64,000 nucleotides of DNA. Source: an uncultured Bacteroidales bacterium (GTDB taxonomy: Bacteria; Bacteroidota; Bacteroidia; Bacteroidales; VadinHA17). The notes beneath the pieces were generated by a model. That model was given only the letters and a program-made list of their open reading frames with translations. It did not search any database and was not told where the DNA came from. Location of the stretch: NCBI GenBank assembly GCA_963732115.1, contig CAVSYN010000005.1, positions 65,410 to 129,409 on the forward strand. The letters run 5' to 3'. Shown here one piece after another: positions 47,069 through 55,771 of the stretch. Within the stretch, counting starts at the first letter, position 1, and each line of letters opens with the position of its first letter. A program made the position numbers and the translations under genes.

Positions 47069-47308
47069 TCAGGCTGAAATAACTCTTTTTATTTCCGGGA
47101 CTTCCTGCATGATTGCCTGTTCCACACCTGCCTTCAGGGTCTGCAGGCTGAACGGACAACCGTGACAGGCGCCGGTCAGCTTTACCTTCACTGTAAGATC
47201 ATCAGTTATTTCAACCAGGTCGATATCGCCTCCGTCATTCTGAAGGTAAGGCCTCACTCTGTTAAGGGCTTTTAAAACCCTTTCTTTCACACTTTTCTCA
47301 TCTGCCAT
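47069..47308 (-). CDS. NifU-like Fe-S cluster domain protein
   Basis: Track ORF 47069..47404. I start at MADEKSVKERV (47308). NifU C-terminal domain motif RPYLQNDGGDIDLVEI...GACHGCPFS. Confidence 0.8.
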   Translation of the reverse strand: MADEKSVKERVLKALNRVRPYLQNDGGDIDLVEITDDLTVKVKLTGACHGCPFSLQTLKAGVEQAIMQEVPEIKRVISA

Positions 47309-47336
47309 CTCTTTGTTTTTATTTGTTTTTAAATGA

Positions 47337-47519
47337 TTACTGTTTGTTGATTTCAACTCTGGCTGTTGGCTTGATATCCCTGTTCCTTTTTTCCACTTTT
47401 TCAATTACTTCATCAGCCAGGTCCATAAAAGCTTCCCCTGTTATGGAATCGTTAAAAGCGGCCGGATTGCCGCTGTCGCTTCCTTCACAGATACTCTGAA
47501 CGAGATGGTATCTGTCCAA
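47337..47519 (-). CDS. apbC: Mrp/ApbC Fe-S carrier ATPase, C-terminal fragment
   Basis: 60-aa ORF. The genuine part is LVQSICEGSDSGNPAAFNDSITGEAFMDLADEVIEKV. Confidence 0.65.
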   Translation of the reverse strand: MDRYHLVQSICEGSDSGNPAAFNDSITGEAFMDLADEVIEKVEKRNRDIKPTARVEINKQ

Positions 47520-47826
47520 GCAGCGGGATATTCATTTTCCGTGCAAGTGCTTTGCAGCCCTCTTTTCCGAAGATGTAATACCTGTTACCCGGGAGTTCGG
47601 CGGGTGTGAACCATGACATATTTTCGACCAGGCCAAGCACCGGAACATTAATCCTTTCATTTCTGAACATTGAAATCCCTTTCACTGCGTCTGCAAGCGC
47701 AACCTCCTGCGGCGTACTTACAATTATTGCACCAGTGACCGGAACTTCCTGAACAAGAGTCAGATGAATATCGCTGGTGCCCGGGAGGGAGGTCGAAAAT
47801 AAGATAGTCGAGTTCTCCCCAATCAC
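47485..47826 (-). CDS. apbC: Mrp/ApbC Fe-S carrier ATPase, middle fragment
   Basis: 113-aa ORF [42 protein letters not shown]...GLVENMSWF. Confidence 0.75.
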   Translation of the reverse strand: [113 protein letters not shown]

Positions 47827-48445
47827 CCTGGGTAATCAGCTGTTTCAGGAATCCTGAGGCCATTGGCCCCCTCCATACAACGGCTTCTGAAGGATTTACA
47901 AAAAAACCGGGCGATAGTACTTTCACTCCGTATTTTGTCAATGGCTTGATAAGGTCCGTATCTCCTGAGCGGACCACTTCAGGCTGGTAGCCTTCAGCGC
48001 CGAACATTCTGGGGATAGACGGTCCGAAAACATCTGCATCAAGAAGCCCGACAGAAAATCCTTTTGCCGCCAGGGCAACGGCAAGGTTTACAGCAATAGT
48101 CGTCTTCCCTACGCCTCCTTTACCTGATGAAACCGCAACAATATTTTTCACACCGGGCAGAACCTCTTTTGACTTTTCATGGCTTAAAGGAACAACTGTT
48201 TTCGGTTTGATTTTTATCTGCCTGATTACAGCATCAGTTCCGAGTACCTCTTTTAGTGTTCTTGCAACGGAGCTCCTTATTGAAGACATAAACGGATCAT
48301 TCGATCTTTCAGGTTCAAGAGTTACTGAAATACCATCTTCGCCCGATTCAACCTCAGAGATCATTCCCAACGCCACCAGATCCATTCCTTTTTCAGGATG
48401 GATCACTTTTGAAAGTGCTTTTAATACCTGTTCTTTAGTAAACAT
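47657..48445 (-). CDS. apbC: Mrp/ApbC Fe-S carrier ATPase, N-terminal fragment
   Basis: 262-aa ORF. The N-terminal DUF59-like part is VLKALSKVIHPEKGMDLVALGMI, and the deviant Walker A is VSSGKGGVGKTT. The last ~45 aa are out of frame. Confidence 0.85.
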   Translation of the reverse strand: MFTKEQVLKALSKVIHPEKGMDLVALGMISEVESGEDGISVTLEPERSNDPFMSSIRSSVARTLKEVLGTDAVIRQIKIKPKTVVPLSHEKSKEVLPGVKNIVAVSSGKGGVGKTTIAVNLAVALAAKGFSVGLLDADVFGPSIPRMFGAEGYQPEVVRSGDTDLIKPLTKYGVKVLSPGFFVNPSEAVVWRGPMASGFLKQLITQGDWGELDYLIFDLPPGHQRYSSDSCSGSSGHWCNNCKYAAGGCACRRSERDFNVQK

Positions 48446-48599
48446 TTATAAATCAAATAATTTCAACGAGGCTGTTTGAAAAGTAGCTTTTTATAGGTTC
48501 ACAAAGAATTGTTTCGGCAGCCCCATTGAGGGTTATTTTTATTTAAATTAAATTTAAACAACCTGCAATTTTACCAATTTTTTTTGTGAAACCAAAAGA

Positions 48600-48947
48600 T
48601 CATTTCAATTCCAGGGAAGGGTCCCAGAATTTCTCATTGAAGTTCAGTATTTTATCATCTTCGACATGAAACCCCTCATTTTCAAGGAGCTGCTGCATGG
48701 TTGATGTATTTCCAAAGTGAAATTTTCCAGTCAGTAATCCGTTACGGTTAACTACCCTGTGAGCGGGAATAAATTCAGGTCGGGTGTGCGAGACGTTAAG
48801 TGCCCAGCCCACCATGCGTGCTGATTGACCTGTTCCGAGATATCGGGCAATGGCTCCGTAAGATGTAACTCTGCCGCAGGGTATTAGTTTGGTTACTTCA
48901 TAGACACGGCTGAAAAAATCATTATTCTTTTGTTTTTTCCCAACCAT
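48600..48947 (-). CDS. MGMT-family DNA-binding protein lacking the acceptor cysteine (alkyltransferase-like, ATL-type)
   Basis: Track ORF 48600..48983. I start at MVGKKQ (48947). GRVTSYGAIARYLG, and the active-site position reads IPAHRVV instead of the canonical PCHRV. Confidence 0.75.
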   Translation of the reverse strand: MVGKKQKNNDFFSRVYEVTKLIPCGRVTSYGAIARYLGTGQSARMVGWALNVSHTRPEFIPAHRVVNRNGLLTGKFHFGNTSTMQQLLENEGFHVEDDKILNFNEKFWDPSLELK

Positions 48948-49698
48948 GGAAGATCGTTTTATTTTTATCCAGTCTGAATGCAAGATAGTTGATTGTCATT
49001 CCCTTTTTCAGAAACCCTTTTTCATAATAAGTTCTTATTGAGAGAATTTTCTCCGGGATCTGTTCCCGGGAACCGCATTTTTCTCCACAGGTATAAACTT
49101 CTTTAAGAACGGTTTTATCGATAAGTGTTGATGAATAAAGGTCATCCGTCGAAAAAAGCAATTCAAGTCCGTTATCCGTTACAAGCTTCCTGGTGTAATT
49201 ATACAGTTCCTTATTATCAGTTTTGAGATGAATTATTCCTTTGCTTTTCAGGAAATTGCGATATGTATTCAGGAACCAGGGACAAGTAAGCCGTTTGTTC
49301 GAATTTCTTTTACCTGTATATGGGTCAGGGAAAATGATCCAAATCTCGTCGACCTCGTCGACGGTAAAAAAGCAATTAATAAATTCAATTCTGGTCCGGA
49401 GGAAGGCAACATTATTTAATTTTTTTTCACTGGCCGTCTTAGCCCCGCGCCACAATCGTGCTCCCTTTATATCAACACCAATGAAATTCCTTTCAGTAAA
49501 AATTTCCGATAATCCTAACGTGTATTCTCCTTTACCGCAGCCAAGCTCAAGAACAATCGGATTTTCATTCCGGAAGATCTCGCTTTTCCATTTTCCTTTA
49601 ATTGCGTGGTCGCTGCCGAGGGTCAGTGATGCATCAGGCTGGATGACTTTATCCAGAGTGCCAAGTTCAGCCCACCGAAGAAGCTTGTTTTTCCCCAC
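48922..49698 (-). CDS. trmB: tRNA (guanine46-N7)-methyltransferase
   Basis: 258 aa. KNKLLRWAEL..., SAM loop VLELGCGKGEYTLGL, IFPDPY motif. Confidence 0.85.
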   Translation of the reverse strand: MGKNKLLRWAELGTLDKVIQPDASLTLGSDHAIKGKWKSEIFRNENPIVLELGCGKGEYTLGLSEIFTERNFIGVDIKGARLWRGAKTASEKKLNNVAFLRTRIEFINCFFTVDEVDEIWIIFPDPYTGKRNSNKRLTCPWFLNTYRNFLKSKGIIHLKTDNKELYNYTRKLVTDNGLELLFSTDDLYSSTLIDKTVLKEVYTCGEKCGSREQIPEKILSIRTYYEKGFLKKGMTINYLAFRLDKNKTIFHGWEKTKE

Positions 49699-49708
49699 CT
49701 CCGAGTTA

Positions 49709-50185
49709 TTATTTGGCAGCTTTTTCTACCCGCAAACCTATGTCGTACACTCCTTTAAGATCTTCAATGCGCATGCCATGCTGGATGCTTATCCGGTAGG
49801 TACCCGAAAGCGGAAAGAATACATTTGATTTATAGGGAAGCTTTAACTCATGAATATCCCCGAATCCCTTCCCGTACCAATTCCCTTTTTCATCGGCAAG
49901 TTCATACTGGAGAGTATCTGTCAGCCTTTTACTATCGGGAGAAGTTGTGGTTACGAAAAGATAAATGTTCCTGAATGGATATGATGATCCGGTCCTTATT
50001 GTAAAGAATACGTTGTCGCTGTTGACAGTATCTTTTACCGGTATATTAAAAACAGCGACATCGGCAAGCTTCCAGGTTTTTCCTTCCAATTGTGCTGTGT
50101 CGGTAAATACAACATTTCTTCCGCACGACTGTAAAATGAGCATGAGAAACAGAAAATTCAGAAACCTACCTATCCCTTTTTTCAT
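49709..50185 (-). CDS. gldH: gliding motility lipoprotein GldH
   Basis: 158 aa. Lipobox ILQSCG, with size and pattern (FTIRTGSSYPFRNIYLFV) fitting GldH. It sits downstream of holB and the PSP1 gene, a neighbourhood I recall for gldH. Confidence 0.7.
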   Translation of the reverse strand: MKKGIGRFLNFLFLMLILQSCGRNVVFTDTAQLEGKTWKLADVAVFNIPVKDTVNSDNVFFTIRTGSSYPFRNIYLFVTTTSPDSKRLTDTLQYELADEKGNWYGKGFGDIHELKLPYKSNVFFPLSGTYRISIQHGMRIEDLKGVYDIGLRVEKAAK

Positions 50186-51347
50186 TGTATCTTCTGCTTT
50201 TCCTTTTATTGGAATGCCGGCGATTCATATTCTTTGATTCAGGAGCATCGAAGCGTGTAAGGCTGTTGTTTTTTAACAGATCCTGTGAAACAGGAGTTGT
50301 ATCGGAAGAACCATCAAAAACCAGCAGTTTCTCAGGTTTTTTACCATTCCTGTTCATAGTCTGGATCTCCCTGACCCTTTCAACCGGAACTGCTGTCAGG
50401 TTTGTAGGAGAATGGGGATCCGTAGTGTACCAGTAAATATTTTTGTGGACCTCCACCTTCTGGAAATAAGCTGTCGAATCTGCAAGTTCAAGCGGTACTT
50501 CCCTTGGAGGAAATGACCGCTGTGCATCGACATAGCAATCGAATTCAAAGTTAAGGCAGCATTTCAGTTTACAGCACTGCCCTGCAAGCTTCTGGGGATT
50601 AAGCGATAATTCCTGGTATTTTGCATGAGTGGTAGTAACCGAGATAAAATTTGTAATGTGCGTTGCACAACATAATTCTCTTCCGCACGAACCTATTCCG
50701 CCTATTCTTCCGGCTTCCTGGCGTGCTCCGATCTGCCGCATTTCAATTCTTACCTTGAATTCTTCAGCCAGGACTTTAATAAGCTGCCTGAAGTCAACTC
50801 TTTCATCAGCGATATAATAGAAAATTGCCTTGGTCTTATCTCCCTGATATTCAACATCACCAATCTTCATGTTGAGCTTAAGCTCCTCAGAGATCTGCCT
50901 CGACCTCAACATCGTCGGGACTTCAAGCTTTTTAGCTTCATCCCATTTCTGGATATCGACAGGTTTGGCTTTCCTGTAAACTTTTTTCAGATCGTCTGTA
51001 GCAGGCTGGACCTTTAATTCCTTAAGCTGCTCATATATAAGGTGACCGATCATCGAAATCCTGCCAATATCATGACCGGGAGATGCTTCAACGGCAACGA
51101 TGTCGCCTATTTCCAGCCTGAGGCCGTTAACATTCCTGTAAAATCCTTTTCTTGTATTTTTGAAACGTACCTCAACTATATCATTTTCCCCCGGCACACA
51201 GGTTACATCTTTCAGCCAATTGAAAGAATCAAGCTTATTGCATCCGGGTTTGTATTTAAGATCAGGCAGATGTATCTCTTCACCATGCTGCCCTGTCAAA
51301 TCCTCATTATCTGTCATTAAAAATCCTTCTAGAAAATAGTCCCGCAA
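50166..51347 (-). CDS. PSP1 domain protein (RicT/YaaT-like)
   Basis: 393 aa. Cys-rich PSP1 core GIGSCGRELCCATHITNF...LAGQCCKLKCCLNFE. An alternative start, MTDNEDL, lies at 51317. Confidence 0.8.
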   Translation of the reverse strand: MRDYFLEGFLMTDNEDLTGQHGEEIHLPDLKYKPGCNKLDSFNWLKDVTCVPGENDIVEVRFKNTRKGFYRNVNGLRLEIGDIVAVEASPGHDIGRISMIGHLIYEQLKELKVQPATDDLKKVYRKAKPVDIQKWDEAKKLEVPTMLRSRQISEELKLNMKIGDVEYQGDKTKAIFYYIADERVDFRQLIKVLAEEFKVRIEMRQIGARQEAGRIGGIGSCGRELCCATHITNFISVTTTHAKYQELSLNPQKLAGQCCKLKCCLNFEFDCYVDAQRSFPPREVPLELADSTAYFQKVEVHKNIYWYTTDPHSPTNLTAVPVERVREIQTMNRNGKKPEKLLVFDGSSDTTPVSQDLLKNNSLTRFDAPESKNMNRRHSNKRKSRRYNEKRDR

Positions 51348-51390
51348 AAATAGTGAATAAATGCGTTAATGTCAAAAATCCGGAAATCAG

Positions 51391-52521
51391 TTACCTGATA
51401 ATAATACGTGTTATCTTCAGGGCCAGATCAAGAAAGATTATTTTGGAATTTCCGTTGGCTTCGATATGGGAATAGGCAAGATTCAGCTCATCGGCAAATG
51501 TGTAAATATTCCCATTGTTAATGAAAGGATGAAATTTTGAGGAGAATTCGGCTTCTTCTCCAGTCATGAAAATAAGCCTGTTTTTCTTCTGATTAAGCGT
51601 GAGCATAAGGTTCTCCCTTACAAGGCGAAGGGTAAATGTAATAAAGGCTTTCTGAGCCTCCCGGCCGATTGCCGCCGTTTCTTCCGACCAGTTTATGAGT
51701 GAAAGAATATCCCGCTTCCATGCAAATCTCATAAGATTCTTGAATCGGTCGAGGTTGAGCAGAGAGGAATCTTCATTCTCGCACAATTCAATTGCCCTGA
51801 TAATGTTCCCGTTGGCAACCCTTGAGATGTCAGCGGCTTTTTCTTTCTTTATGCTAAACCGGTCTATGAGATAATTTACTATATCCTTTGATTCAAAAGC
51901 AGGTATTTTTATGAGCTGGCACCTCGACAGAATTGTAGGGATGATCTTATCGGATTCGTCGGAGACAAGCAGGAACAAGGTTCTTTCGGGCGGTTCCTCG
52001 ATCAATTTCAGAAGCTTATTGGCAGTTGCAAGGTGCATTTTTTCCGGCAGCCAGATCACCATGATCTTGAAATCAGATTCAAAAGCCTTAAGGCTAAGTT
52101 TCTTGATTATTTCCGAAGCTTCTGTTGCGAAAATTAGTCCCTGGGCATTACCCACCTCTATGGAATCGAGCCATTGGTTAAGGTTGAAGAAGGCTGAGTT
52201 TTTTACGAATTCCCTCCAATGGACTATGTAATTATCGCTTACAGGTTCGTTCGATTTTTTATCCCTGATGACAGGAAATACGAAATGGAGATCAGGGTGA
52301 ATCATCTTTTCGTATTTAACGCACGACTTGCATACCCCACAGGAGTCAACCGGAGTCCTGTTTTCACAGCTGATGAACTGTGCATAAGCCAGTGCGAGAG
52401 CAAGATTGCCGCAGCCTTCGGGTCCGGCAAAAAGCTGGGCATGACTGACCCTTTCCCGGTGTACTGAACTGATAAGCTTATCTATAATTTCTTTCTGTCC
52501 GGGTATATCCGAAAACTTCAT
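51391..52521 (-). CDS. holB: DNA polymerase III subunit delta'
   Basis: 376 aa. HAQLFAGPEGCGNLALALAYAQFISC, Zn module CGVCKSCVK, and the SRC motif in ILSRCQ. Confidence 0.85.
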   Translation of the reverse strand: MKFSDIPGQKEIIDKLISSVHRERVSHAQLFAGPEGCGNLALALAYAQFISCENRTPVDSCGVCKSCVKYEKMIHPDLHFVFPVIRDKKSNEPVSDNYIVHWREFVKNSAFFNLNQWLDSIEVGNAQGLIFATEASEIIKKLSLKAFESDFKIMVIWLPEKMHLATANKLLKLIEEPPERTLFLLVSDESDKIIPTILSRCQLIKIPAFESKDIVNYLIDRFSIKKEKAADISRVANGNIIRAIELCENEDSSLLNLDRFKNLMRFAWKRDILSLINWSEETAAIGREAQKAFITFTLRLVRENLMLTLNQKKNRLIFMTGEEAEFSSKFHPFINNGNIYTFADELNLAYSHIEANGNSKIIFLDLALKITRIIIR

Positions 52522-52544
52522 CTTTCAATTTCTTCTGCTGAGAT

Positions 52545-53042
52545 CTACAAAGCTGCCAATGCTGCATCATAGTCAGGCTCTGTACCATGTTCCGGAACAA
52601 GCTGGGTATAGACTACATTGCCTGCTTCATTAATAACTACAATAGCCCGTGTGTAAAGACCTGCTAAGGAAGTATCCACGATTTCGACACCATAGGATTT
52701 TCCAAAATCTTTATCACGGAATCCGGAAAGGGGAATTACATTGGTTATACCTTCAGTCGTACAAAAGCGTTTGTGTGCAAAAGGAAGATCCTTAGAAATA
52801 GCCAGAACAACAGCATTTGTTTTTCCAGCTGCCAGTTGATTGAATTTACGAACTGAAGTTGCGCAAACTGATGTATCGAGACTTGTAAATATATTGAGGA
52901 TTAGCTTCTTCCCCTTAAGCTCTGAAAGCTTAAGATTTCCAAGGTCTGACTTAACAAGCAGGAAATCAGGAGCAACGGTGCCTTTTTTGGGAAGGTCGCC
53001 GGACGTATTGGCTGGTTTCCCTTTTAACATAAATTTTGCCAT
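52545..53042 (-). CDS. tpx: thiol peroxidase (atypical 2-Cys peroxiredoxin)
   Basis: 165 aa. SLDTSVCATSVRKFN contains the peroxidatic Cys, and the ORF has Tpx length. Confidence 0.88.
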   Translation of the reverse strand: MAKFMLKGKPANTSGDLPKKGTVAPDFLLVKSDLGNLKLSELKGKKLILNIFTSLDTSVCATSVRKFNQLAAGKTNAVVLAISKDLPFAHKRFCTTEGITNVIPLSGFRDKDFGKSYGVEIVDTSLAGLYTRAIVVINEAGNVVYTQLVPEHGTEPDYDAALAAL

Positions 53043-53106
53043 AACTTTTTTTCAAATTTAGTGATTCTTTTAAGAAAAGGAAACATCTGTAAGAGAGGGT
53101 TAGTTC

Positions 53107-53256
53107 GCCCCCAACCCCTTAAAGGGGGCTTTTTTCGTGTTCAAAAGTCCCCTTCAGGGGATTTAGGGGCAGAATTTACACAGGGGAGGCACAGAGTTCC
53201 ACTGAGGATGCTCCCACACCTATTTAGCAAAAAAGCCCCTTGAAGGGGGTTGGGGG
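53107..53256. repeat. composite G/C-run palindromic intergenic repeat, copy 2
   Basis: gcccccaaccccttaaagggggc (53107-53129), gtccccttcaggggatttaggggc (53148-53170), a ccactgagg module (~53200), and agccccttgaagggggttggggg (53234-53256). The two end modules are inverted copies of each other. Track ORF 53061..53243 is a translation artefact of this repeat. Confidence 0.65.
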
Positions 53257-53320
53257 TTTCCAAAAAAAATGTAGGTTTGCAGATGGAATAATAATTCTGT
53301 TAATTAAAAATATACAATCT

Positions 53321-54583
53321 ATGAAAATGATTCAGGACTTTAATTTTAAGGGAATTAAAACCATTGTCAGAGTTGATTTTAATGTACCTATCGACAAAAA
53401 GACATTTGCTGTTACTGATGATACCCGGATAAAGGGTGCCTTGCTAACTATAAGGAAGATCATTAGCGACGGAGGCTCGGTTATCCTTATGTCACATCTT
53501 GGCCGTCCTGAAGGAAGGATGGAGAAATACTCCCTGAAACCTGTGCTTCCGGTTCTTGAAAAGCTACTTGGACAGAAAGTGCTTTTTGCTGATGATTGCC
53601 TCGGTGAATCGGCAGTAAGAATGTCGGCAGCCCTCAAGCCGGGTGAAGTCCTGCTTCTTGAAAATGTCAGATTTTATCCGGAGGAAGAAGGAAAACCAAT
53701 TCTTCCTGAAACAGCAACAGATGAGGAAAAGAAGGCAGCCAAAGCTGAAATGAAAGCCAGACAGAAAGAGCTTGCGAAAAAGCTTTCCACCTATGCGGAG
53801 GTCTATGTAAATGACGCTTTCGGAACTGCACACAGAGCGCACGGAACCACAGCTGTAATGGCTGACTATTTCCCGAAAGACAAGATTATGTTCGGGTTTC
53901 TTATTAACAGTGAGCTTGCAGCAATGGACAAAGTTCTGAACAATGCCCGGCATCCCTTCACTGCAATTATGGGTGGTGCGAAAGTTTCAGACAAGATCAT
54001 GCTTATCGAAAACCTGCTCAACAGGGTTGATAATCTGATTATCGGAGGAGGAATGACATATACTTTCATTAAGGCAAAAGGTGGGAAAATAGGAAAGTCT
54101 CTTTGTGAGGAGGATAAGCTTGATCTGGCCCTGAAAATTATTGAGAAGGCAAAGGAAAAGAAGGTGAATCTGTACCTGCCGGTCGACAGTCTGAACGCTG
54201 ATAAGTTTGAAAATGAGGCCAGCACTAAAGTAACTGCAGTTGACGCAGTTGAGGACGGCTGGCTGGGACTTGATATTGCTGACAAATCAATCAAAATATT
54301 CTCCGACGTTATTGAAAAATCAAAAACCATCCTCTGGAACGGTCCAATGGGTGTTTTTGAAATGGAAAAATTCTCAAAAGGCACCACAGCTATTGCTAAA
54401 GCGATTGCCGCTGCAACCTCAAAAGGGGCATTCAGCCTTATCGGGGGAGGTGATTCCGTAGCTGCCATCAACAAGAACGGACTTGCCGACAAGGTAAGCT
54501 ATGTCTCGACGGGAGGCGGTGCAATGCTTGAATATATGGAAGGGAAGAAACTCCCCGGGATAGTGGCTATACGAGGAGAATAA
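53321..54583 (+). CDS. pgk: phosphoglycerate kinase
   Basis: Track ORF 53240..54583. I start at [23 protein letters not shown] (ATG 53321). [10 protein letters not shown] and the rest of the PGK pattern are present. Confidence 0.92.
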   Translation: MKMIQDFNFKGIKTIVRVDFNVPIDKKTFAVTDDTRIKGALLTIRKIISDGGSVILMSHLGRPEGRMEKYSLKPVLPVLEKLLGQKVLFADDCLGESAVRMSAALKPGEVLLLENVRFYPEEEGKPILPETATDEEKKAAKAEMKARQKELAKKLSTYAEVYVNDAFGTAHRAHGTTAVMADYFPKDKIMFGFLINSELAAMDKVLNNARHPFTAIMGGAKVSDKIMLIENLLNRVDNLIIGGGMTYTFIKAKGGKIGKSLCEEDKLDLALKIIEKAKEKKVNLYLPVDSLNADKFENEASTKVTAVDAVEDGWLGLDIADKSIKIFSDVIEKSKTILWNGPMGVFEMEKFSKGTTAIAKAIAAATSKGAFSLIGGGDSVAAINKNGLADKVSYVSTGGGAMLEYMEGKKLPGIVAIRGE

Positions 54584-54589
54584 GAAATT

Positions 54590-54693
54590 TTAACCACTGA
54601 GGTACGAAGGGTTTCGAGGAGTTACACAGAGTAAATCTTTTAACAGAATAAGCCGTGTTACTCCGTGCTGACTTCGTGCGACTCCGTGGTTAA
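54590..54693. repeat. 104-nt imperfect palindrome of CACGGAG/CACTGAGG-type units (probable pgk terminator)
   Basis: The left arm is ttaaccactgaggtacgaagggtttcgaggagttacacagag. The reverse complement of the right arm is ttaaccacggagtcgcacgaagtcagcacggagtaacacgg. It starts 7 nt after the pgk stop. Confidence 0.6.
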
Positions 54694-54748
54694 GTTCATT
54701 GAGTGTTTTCCTTCGGTTCCTGGGTGAACAAAGCTCACTTAATTCGGT

Positions 54749-54756
54749 TATCTTTG
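54749..54756 (+). promoter_or_regulatory. candidate -7 box (TAnnTTTG) upstream of the lipoprotein gene
   Basis: tatctttg lies 9 nt upstream of the ATG at 54765. Confidence 0.35.
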
Positions 54757-54764
54757 TAGTAATT

Positions 54765-55292
54765 ATGAAGAAGAATTTATTCATCATATTGCCTTTATTG
54801 ATTCTGATTCAGGCCTCCTGTAAAAAAGAGAATACTCCGGATAATTCGGGAACTGTTACAATTGATAACACTACGCTATTTGCACAGACCTATTATGTTT
54901 ACGGATTTCTGTTCTCGGAAGCAAAGAAGGCATCAACACTTGATCCAACACCCCCGGATATAACAGTGGACAGCGACGGCACCGACCTTCTGTTGCAGGC
55001 CAATAACCTGAAAAACTCTTTTTACAAATCCGGGGAGTATGCTGACGGCGCAACTGCTAAAACGGCATATAATAATCTTACTTCTGCCAGTATTCCCGAA
55101 ACAAACTGGCTTGGTCTTGCAACTCCTTTAAAAGCTAATCAGGTCTGGATATACAGGTCCGGAACAAACCATTACGCAAAGTTCAGAGTCATTTCCACGG
55201 TTTCTGAGGTCCGAGCAGGAAGAAACTATGCAGAATGCACATTCGAATGGGCATATCAGCCTGACGGGACGTTAACCTTTCCGGGTAAATGA
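54765..55292 (+). CDS. hypothetical lipoprotein
   Basis: Track ORF 54699..55292. I start at MKKNLFIILPLLILIQASCKK (lipobox). I recognise no family. Its stop overlaps the next gene's start (ATGA). Confidence 0.6.
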   Translation: MKKNLFIILPLLILIQASCKKENTPDNSGTVTIDNTTLFAQTYYVYGFLFSEAKKASTLDPTPPDITVDSDGTDLLLQANNLKNSFYKSGEYADGATAKTAYNNLTSASIPETNWLGLATPLKANQVWIYRSGTNHYAKFRVISTVSEVRAGRNYAECTFEWAYQPDGTLTFPGK

Positions 55293-55771
55293 TGAACGAT
55301 TTATCGGATCAGATTTTCAGCATCAGTAACACCGGATCCTTTTCTGAAACAGCCTTGAAAATATTCAGATACCAGGCAGACAATAATCCGGTATACAATG
55401 AATTCATTTCCAGGTTGGGAAAGGCAAAAAACAGCATAAAAAGCGTGGCTGAAATTCCCTTTTTGCCTGTAGAATTCTTCCGGGACCAGACAGTGCTAAC
55501 CGAAAACCTCTCTTTGGAAATTATTTTTGAAAGCAGCAGGACCACAGGTACCTCTCCCGGGCGCCATTTTGTGCATGACCTGAAAGTTTATGAAACTAGT
55601 TTCCTGAACACTTTCAGGCTTTTTTACGGAGATCCGGCTGAATACTTAATTGCAGCTCTTTTGCCGTCATATTCTGAAAGAATGAATTCTTCCCTGATTT
55701 ATATGGCCGACAACCTGATCAGTAAGAGCCGGGATAATGAAAGCGGCTTTTACAATAATAAAGGGGCGTGA
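55289..55771 (+). CDS. LuxE/PaaK-like acyl-adenylate-forming protein ('acyl transferase' family), N-terminal fragment
   Basis: 160-aa ORF. IFRYQADNNPVYNEF...EIPFLPVEFFRD...LLPSYSERMNSSLIYM matches my memory of the Bacteroidota LuxE-like family. The break is at a G-run (aaa gggg cgt) near 55765. Confidence 0.6.
   Translation: MMNDLSDQIFSISNTGSFSETALKIFRYQADNNPVYNEFISRLGKAKNSIKSVAEIPFLPVEFFRDQTVLTENLSLEIIFESSRTTGTSPGRHFVHDLKVYETSFLNTFRLFYGDPAEYLIAALLPSYSERMNSSLIYMADNLISKSRDNESGFYNNKGA

Noticed and set aside
53866-54492. 208-aa ORF on the minus strand inside pgk
   Set aside because: It is antisense to an unambiguous phosphoglycerate kinase. The translation is Ser/Ala/Ile-rich, typical of the reverse frame of a GC3-neutral gene.
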